DNA of 63,900 nt, the filler included. It is 15 parts of 15 records of this genome, joined end to end, with 100 filler letters (N's around TTAATTAATTAA, not from the genome) between each part and the next. Parts side by side here need not be neighbours in the genome. Positions count along the whole stretch, not along the records: positions 57,214 to 60,552 come from SRR15195285_6377; positions 60,653 to 63,900 come from SRR15195285_6408; 13 more parts are not named here. One strand, given 5' to 3'. Below, in pieces: positions 57,573 through 63,900 of the stretch (positions are counted from its first letter, which is position 1; every line of letters starts with the position of its first letter). The notes beneath the pieces are model-generated. The model had not been told where the DNA came from. It worked only from the letters and a program-made list of their open reading frames with translations, and made no database searches. The position numbers were made by a program, and so were the translations under genes.

Positions 57573-59169
57573 ATGGATACACGCTCTGCGCCGGGTGTCG
57601 CTCAGCGGATCCTTCGTGTCGCGCTGGCTGCTGCTCCTGGTGCCGCTGCTGTGGCCGCCGGCGCCAGAGCCGCCACCACCTCAGCCTCCCCGTACGATTT
57701 CGAGTGCTCCTACAACGGCCATGCGATTGGCGACGGTACCTGCAAATGTGCGCCGCAGTGGACGGGCGCTTACTGCCATTCATTGAACTTGGGGCCTGCC
57801 CGGAACGGCTCTGGTCTTGACCAGCTTCACGCGCCACCTCACATCTCTACTTGGGGTGGCTCTGTTCTCTACGACGCAACAACAAAACTGTACCACATGT
57901 ATGCTTCTGAGATCATGAACCATTGCGGCATTCACCGTTGGGTCACCAACAGCATCGTCGTGCACGCTACGTCTGCTGGCGGCCCAGACTGGAAGTTCAC
58001 CCGACAGGGTGAAGTCAAGGGACTCTTCACACACGAGCCAATCGTTGCTCGCGCACCGACGGGGGAGTACGTCGTCTATGTCACGCACTACCCTGGGACG
58101 CCATCGGATTGCCCCGTCTGCAGCTGCACCGACGGGAGCAGCGCATCTGGCGGCTGCATGAATGAGTGTGGGGGTGGGAAGAACAAGACGCTTTTCAGTT
58201 ACTTTACCTACTCGAAGCAGCCAGACGGTCCATGGTCAGAGCTTGCATCGCTATGCGCCACACAGCAAGGAGGTGACGACAGCTGCTTGAAGTGGCATGA
58301 CCCCGCCCCGACCACTGTTGGGACTGACATGAACCTTGCCCCTGTCATTCTCCCGAACGGATCTGCTCTGATGTGGACGCGGTGGGATGTCTGGTGCGGA
58401 AACCACCTTTTTGAAACTATTTTGAGCTAAAAGCGATCATTTACGGTGACAGGCTTGGGACAAACCAGGAACGGCTGAAAAAACGGCGTTATTCCTCAGG
58501 ATGGCGGACAATTGGAAGAACGCAAGCAGCTATCACGATATGGGGCAGGCTCCTGACTTCAACACGAAGCCACCGACGCCATGGGAAGGCGAAGACCCGT
58601 CACTTTGGGTTGATAAAGACGGACATTGGCATCTGGTCAGCCACAACGGCGTCCGGGGTGCAGACTACCTACCACATAATGCGAGCGGAGACTGTGGCCG
58701 TCACTACTTCAGTGCTACTGGCGCTGCCGGCACCTGGCATGTTGCACCGCTGCCGAAAGCTGACCTCGGTGCGGAAACCGCCGTTCATGTTGTCCTGCCG
58801 TTGGACATCTCAACATCATGATTGTTTTTGTATTCGCAGGAGGCTGCGCCTTCCCTCGCGTCGACATCCCATTCCTGGGCGAGGATGGCCACACCATCAC
58901 TAACTACACGTTTTATCGACGCGAACGGCCACATGTCGTGCTGGGGCCGGACGGCATGACCCCAGTGGCGCTGACTACGGCTGTAATCGACTCGCCAACT
59001 TCTCCGTACGAGGTAGGTCGTCCTGTTTACATCCGACTCGTCACCTGCAATTAGGAGGCAATTTGGACGCTCATCTCGGTCTGGTTGGCTGCGAAATCTT
59101 GATACTTGGCAGGATGGAGGACGAGATTCATCGTACACACTGCTGCAGCCAGTGCGTGGTGGCGAGTGA
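57573..59169 (+). CDS. Secreted EGF-like + five-bladed beta-propeller glycosidase-like protein (GH43/arabinanase-levansucrase clan); introns 58394-58499, 58769-58839, 59013-59112
   Basis: EGF-like CSYNG...CKCAPQWTGAYC, then STWGGSV...YHMYASE...CGI..W.TNS..VHA, FTHEP, EDPSLWVD..G.WHLVSH, RRERP and SYTLLQP. All three introns restore the frame. Confidence 0.8.
58394..58499 (+). mobile_element. Candidate introner-like element (106-nt intron with imperfect terminal inverted repeats)
   Basis: The 5' end GTGCGGAAACCACCTTTTT resembles the reverse complement of the 3' end, CTGAGGAATAACGCCGTTTTT. The next intron (58769) starts with the same 11 nt, GTGCGGAAACC. Confidence 0.5.
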
Positions 59170-59674
59170 GCTTTCCATTTGATCTGATGATCGCGAAGTG
59201 GACTACTGATGTGGTGAGTACTTTGGCGCGTGCCAAATCCAGCATAATTATCTAGCGGCAGGGTCACTACGGTCAACGACCAACGCTTGGTTTGGCAATG
59301 ATCACAGACGTCGACGGCGTGCAGCTTATCGAGCCTGCGATTGTTGATTAATTCAATTTTAGTACGGTCAAATTGGTTCACGGGAAGTACGACTGCAGCC
59401 ACCTCTCGAGGCTCGAGTAAACAAAGCCGGCTGCTGACGCGCCGCAATCGTGACTTCGTGAGGGCACGAGTGCAGCGTCCTGGCACCCGTCCCTTGGTTG
59501 CTACTAGTCCACACCACGTCTTCGGCCCACAGCCGCCGCCAGCTGCACTAGAGCTATCCTCCTCGCCGACTGGCAGCTCCAAGAAGCCCATGTCGGAATG
59601 GCTGATATCATTCGCCGGCTCAAGCTCGTGGGGTGGTACATGTCGATCTGACAGAAAACTGAAAACTTGGGACT

Positions 59675-60163
59675 TCACGACGACGAAGAGGACCCGTCAG
59701 CAGGCACCCAAACACGATAGATAGCGTACGCTCCGCCGAACAGAGCCATCACACCCAGGAAGGACAAAAGTTTCAGCCAATTGCTGCTTGTGGCTGGAGA
59801 ACACATACACACCAACTGGGAGTGAGCAAACGAGTGAATGAGCGAGCGTGAGAGAGGGGGAGAGAGAGAGAGAGAGACAGAGAGGAAACGAAGAGGCAAT
59901 AGTACACACACACCTGCACAGCAGCTCCGTGTCGGTGTAATCGTCCTGCGGAGACGATTGAACCGGTTGGCTACTGTTCTGACCTCCTCCATCTTTGTAT
60001 CGATATCCGTCATGTCTGCTGGTGACGGCAGATGCTGCTGCGTGATCCGATCCTGTGCTAGGCCCCGAAGCTCTTCGTATTGGACGTGCGCTGCCAGCAT
60101 GAGGTCGTCCTCTGTCGCACTCGCTGAGTCACGACTCATCTCGCAGTGTTCCTGGTCCGGCAT
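59675..60163 (-). CDS. Small protein with a helical N-terminus and one C-terminal TM segment; in-frame intron at about 59795-59911
   Basis: MPDQEHCEMSRD...MEEVRTVANRFNRL. A GTGTGT...CAG intron containing a (CT)n run is followed by TM LLSFLGVMALFGGAYAIY. The 3' end is uncertain. Confidence 0.5.
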   Translation of the reverse strand: MPDQEHCEMSRDSASATEDDLMLAAHVQYEELRGLAQDRITQQHLPSPADMTDIDTKMEEVRTVANRFNRLRRTITPTRSCCAGVCVLLPLRFLSVSLSLSPPLSRSLIHSFAHSQLVCMCSPATSSNWLKLLSFLGVMALFGGAYAIYRVWVPADGSSSSS

Positions 60164-60653
60164 CTCGGGTAGCACGTGGTTCAAATAGACCCCACCGTTC
60201 ACTGCCTGCTGATTCGTGTGTGATGGATGACAGAGCTTCGCGTCCGACCGTCCCCACCACCACCGACGCAGGGCGTCCTGGTGGGTGTGTCGGTGAACAT
60301 ACCACGGTAAGTTGCGTGGTGCTGTGCAGTGGGTGCACTTGGCGCGCGCCACGTGCGAGCACAAGGACACGTCCTGCGGCCCAGTTGACGGGGTTTAGGA
60401 GCCTGCGTGAGGTGGCGGCAAACGACTGCGTGTCCCAGCCTCTCCAGCCCGCGTAGTACGTGCCGATGCGATTGCGTCGCGGTGTGGCCCGCGCGTGCGC
60501 GGTTGAATAGCCTCGTCGAGGAGCAATCTTCGGTCCTGTAAGTCGTATTGCTNNNNNNNNNNNNNNNNNNNNNNNNNNNNNNNNNNNNNNNNNNNNTTAA
60601 TTAATTAANNNNNNNNNNNNNNNNNNNNNNNNNNNNNNNNNNNNNNNNNNNNG

Positions 60654-62777
60654 CCTGCAAAACTCACCTGGTGGTTCACGCGGCCACGAGATCCGAAGGC
60701 ACTCAAATGGGGAGGATCTGGCAACGTCAGTCGCAGCGCTGTGCGCACGCCCTACCCAGAAGGGAATCCTCCACTCAAAGGTGGTGAGGTCACGCGCGTA
60801 ATGAGCTCGAGTTTCTTACGGGTGCCTCTTGAAATCAAACAGGAGGCGCGAGACCGGAGCTCAAGGCTTGATAAGTTCTCAATCTCGATGCACGTCCGAT
60901 TTGAGACGCTCCCAAAGGCCAAAGAGACAACTGCTCTGCTCGCGACGATGCAGGAAGATGTGGCAGGCAGCAAGGTCAGTGCCTTTGTGTTCATCGATTC
61001 GAAGGGTCATGTGCGCTTTGGCGACGGGACGGCGCTGTTCGGCACGAACGACGGCGTTACAAAGGTCCGACCGATGCACTGGTACGTCATCAGCGTCGCA
61101 GTTGATGCTGTTGAACAGAGGTGTGCCAAGGTCTGGATAAACGGTAAACTGCACTGCACAGTGGAGCCGGGATCACACCAGCTCAAGCGTCAAGGAATGC
61201 ACTCGCTCAACGAGACGCTCTGTGTGTTTGGCTCTAGTGAGAAGAAGCAAATGTTGGGAGTGAAGCTCTTGACGATGATGACGCTGCAGACGAATTTCCT
61301 CGACGACGTGCGTGCGAAGGCGGTTTATGATGGGGCCGAGGAAGGGTTCGTAGCTGAGAAAGGAGGGACCAAAGCAGGAAGCGTGCAGCTAGCACGGCTT
61401 CACTCAGCAATTGGATACACCGAGGGAGAAGCGCGGATTGCACAGCTCAAAGCCACTTTCGCGTCGATCAGAAAGTTTACTCGCGCCGAAGTTGTGCATG
61501 CGCTGACAACCGTCTACAAGCCAAGCGGTAAGAAGCTTGACGAATTTACGGCCGATGGAATGATACTGACCGTCGAGAACGCAAGTGAGTCTATGCTCGG
61601 CTCTCGTGCTGAAACAACCGACGGCAAAGGGAAGGGAAAGCTTGTAGGCTACAAGGTTGGAGGCGTCCGGGTCGGTGACACCAGTGGTGGCCTCGCAAGC
61701 GACGGGTTCTGCCGAGTCAATTTTGCTGAGGGTCACCCGGGCGGGCGCGGAAAGGGAGGCTGGAATGTACCGATGGCGACCATTCGCGTGTTCAGCAAGT
61801 TGTCGGCTCCCGACCCGGCCACGTTTCGTGCTTCCAAGACTGAAGCTGACGAGCTGATCCGCGACTTCGAGGCTGGGGGCTTTGCCATCCTTGACCCAGA
61901 TGCCGACGGCAAGCACAAGACTGTGCCGTTTGGAACAAAAGGTTACGATACTTGCATATACTGCAACATGAGTGGCCCGTCGACGCAGTCCGGAGCAAAC
62001 TACTGCAGAAAATGTCGCAAGTGCGAAGTATGCTGTGGTGCGGCACCAGGGTGCGCATATGGAAGCCCTGGGCTCGCGCGAGAGGATGTGGAGGAGGCAG
62101 AGCAGTCGGTTTTCGAGATACTGCGGGTTGGGATCCCGATGGCTTGCTTCGATGCCATAGTGGCAATCCTGCCGCAGATACAGGAGGAGCTAAGCGCCCC
62201 AGTCCAACCAAGAGGCGGCGGCTACAGACGGCGGCCACAGGAAGCAGGCAGTGTGTCCGTCACCGCGTCCGATTTCCTTGTTGTCCGATTGCTGGAGCCA
62301 ATTCCGAAGGAAGGCGAGCAGGACGGGAAGAGAGAGGAGACAGCTGGGGCACAGGAAGGATCGAAGATGGACGCGGAACTGGACGGATCGAAGGTGGTGG
62401 AGGGAGAGGAGGGGGAGGAAGGTGAAAAAGACGAAGGCGGCGAAGGCAAGGATACGATGCGCTTCGACCCATCCTCGTTCCCTGCAGACTTACAGACTGT
62501 CGTAGAAGGCGAACATCTCACTGACCTCAGGGTGCTGGCCCGATTTGGCATTTATCACAAGTCTTCGCTGGTCGCCGCGGTCTCCAACCTCGTACAAGAG
62601 GTGGGCGATGTCGGCGTGGCGATGACAGCGTTGCGTGCAGCCATAACGCGTGCCGATCGACCAGAGGCAGAACACCAGACAGATGATGCGTCGACCGATG
62701 ACGAAGGTGCAGCGGCTGCGATGGAGCCATCTGCCGAAGATTCCGATGGCACCTTGCTACAGCGACAGCAAACCTGA
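60654..62777 (+). CDS. 5'-truncated large protein: LamG/concanavalin-like domain, Cys-rich zinc-finger-like motif and acidic C-terminus
   Basis: The frame is open from the contig start. FSISMHVRFETLP...WYVISVAVD...KVWINGKL is LamG-like. Cys cluster CIYC...YCRKCRKCEVCC. Confidence 0.7.
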   Translation, partial: PAKLTWWFTRPRDPKALKWGGSGNVSRSAVRTPYPEGNPPLKGGEVTRVMSSSFLRVPLEIKQEARDRSSRLDKFSISMHVRFETLPKAKETTALLATMQEDVAGSKVSAFVFIDSKGHVRFGDGTALFGTNDGVTKVRPMHWYVISVAVDAVEQRCAKVWINGKLHCTVEPGSHQLKRQGMHSLNETLCVFGSSEKKQMLGVKLLTMMTLQTNFLDDVRAKAVYDGAEEGFVAEKGGTKAGSVQLARLHSAIGYTEGEARIAQLKATFASIRKFTRAEVVHALTTVYKPSGKKLDEFTADGMILTVENASESMLGSRAETTDGKGKGKLVGYKVGGVRVGDTSGGLASDGFCRVNFAEGHPGGRGKGGWNVPMATIRVFSKLSAPDPATFRASKTEADELIRDFEAGGFAILDPDADGKHKTVPFGTKGYDTCIYCNMSGPSTQSGANYCRKCRKCEVCCGAAPGCAYGSPGLAREDVEEAEQSVFEILRVGIPMACFDAIVAILPQIQEELSAPVQPRGGGYRRRPQEAGSVSVTASDFLVVRLLEPIPKEGEQDGKREETAGAQEGSKMDAELDGSKVVEGEEGEEGEKDEGGEGKDTMRFDPSSFPADLQTVVEGEHLTDLRVLARFGIYHKSSLVAAVSNLVQEVGDVGVAMTALRAAITRADRPEAEHQTDDASTDDEGAAAAMEPSAEDSDGTLLQRQQT

Positions 62778-63155
62778 AGAAGACACATACGAAGAGCAGC
62801 ATCCGAATGCGAAAGCACGCAGGCGTTCAAGGCCCAGAACCAGCTTAACGACGAAGACAAGGCCGCTGTTGTGGCGGAGGCTTACACGGTTGAGGTGAAA
62901 AAACTCGAACACTCGACAACTATACAACTGAGCGAACCTGCCACGAAATTGAAGGAATGGAGACTGAGTGGGAAACCAAGCATAATGCAGCACCGATCAA
63001 AGACAGTACGTCACAGAAAGAGTTGGAAGAGTGTATGGCAAGGCTGTCATCTCCACATAGAAAAACAACCGCGATTGTATATTGATAGGGTATAACGGCT
63101 CAAGTCTACAAAAGAGGATATAGGCGAACGTGCAGCTGATTGTTGCTAGTACATT

Positions 63156-63900
63156 TTAGAGAGAGAAATCACGCACTCTACTTGACCATGCCCCGAATGC
63201 CCGGCGCCGCAACTGGGCGCGCCGGTGTTGATGCAGCAACACTGTTACCAGCAATACTTTTTGCTGGCTTGCTACCGCCTTTGCCTCACAAATGAAGACG
63301 AGTGTTTGCCACCGGGAAAAGGTACGCCACATCCACCATCTACGTCCGCTCTGTGCAGCGATGCGATTGCACACTCCGAACTGCCTTTCTACCTCCAGCT
63401 CGGAGCTACGGAGCTCCTCCCGAAGCTCTGCCGCCACATTTTGCAGTGCAGCTACCACATGCGAATGAGATGCCCGAGCCGACTCGTGGGCCGTAGCGAG
63501 CTGTCGTGCTGCCTCGACTTCCCTTCTCGCCTTTGACTCCACCTCAACATGCAGCTGCTTCTCCAGCAAGGCGCAATCTGCCACAGCTTTCTGAGCTTTC
63601 CGCTCAGCCTGCTCTGCTCTCGTAGCTTCCGTTTCCAACGACGCCAGTGCGTTACGTAGGGCGTCTCGCTCTTTGTTGCGTTCTCTCTCCGCTATGACAC
63701 GAGCTTTGGTCTCGCCCTCAGCTCGACGATACCATGCCTCGGTCTCCTCCTTCGCAGCAGATATTGCAAGCTCGGAGGGTCCAGCTTGCGATCTGCTCGG
63801 GCCGCAGTTACAACTGTGCACTTCCGCAGGAACAGCGTGTGAACGATCTTGCCGCCGTTCCTCGCGGAACGTGAGCGTTGTCAAAGCTTCCTCTGCCTCC
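63156..63900 (-). CDS. 5'-truncated coiled-coil protein with Sfi1-like C-terminal motifs
   Basis: Heptad-rich A/E/R/L ORF ending in WRTFSRWQ and RRAFGAWS (xxxFxxW motifs). Confidence 0.55.
   Translation of the reverse strand, partial: EAEEALTTLTFREERRQDRSHAVPAEVHSCNCGPSRSQAGPSELAISAAKEETEAWYRRAEGETKARVIAERERNKERDALRNALASLETEATRAEQAERKAQKAVADCALLEKQLHVEVESKARREVEAARQLATAHESARASHSHVVAALQNVAAELREELRSSELEVERQFGVCNRIAAQSGRRWWMWRTFSRWQTLVFICEAKAVASQQKVLLVTVLLHQHRRAQLRRRAFGAWSSRVRDFSL

Noticed and set aside
58785-59678. 297-aa minus-strand ORF
   Set aside because: It overlaps the spliced 3' exons of the propeller gene and has no recognisable motif. At most its first part is a further exon of the 59675-60163 gene.

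Overview
This window is not one locus. It is 15 unrelated contigs (about 3.1-9.2 kb each) joined by 14 artificial 100-nt linkers (N44-TTAATTAATTAA-N44), so neighbours across a linker are not linked. The DNA is from a gene-dense, GC-rich, intron-containing microbial eukaryote. The introns are short GT-AG introns (about 60-220 nt) with GTGCG/GTACG/GTGAG donors and CTGAC-type branch points. The secreted glycan-degrading enzymes suggest a heterotrophic marine protist (inference; possibly Picozoa-like). I rebuilt about 28 genes by hand. Routine genes: ATP12, a USP47-like deubiquitinase, ankyrin, SH3, kinase, two PhyH-type dioxygenases, an ATG27/M6P-receptor-like protein, an IDS-like sulfatase, GH20, a GHL15/GH168-like hydrolase, a GH43-like propeller and an SGNH hydrolase. 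Unusual architectures: (1) an XK/Xkr-type scramblase with four N-terminal EF-hands; (2) a polycystin-1-like GAIN/GPS 5-TM protein with no PLAT or pore domain and a large cytoplasmic EF-hand array; (3) a WD40-ankyrin-TRP-like channel; (4) a SURNod19/copper-monooxygenase-like protein with an inserted DOMON domain; (5) ubiquitin fused to a non-ribosomal 148-aa tail; (6) a Pex14_N-like domain with a histone-H1-like tail; (7) an IQ protein with an ET-like domain. There are also introner-like introns, strict strand alternation of neighbouring genes and perfect palindromes near gene ends. I could not support any rRNA, tRNA, CRISPR array or autonomous transposon. All family calls come from recognising motifs by eye, not from database searches.
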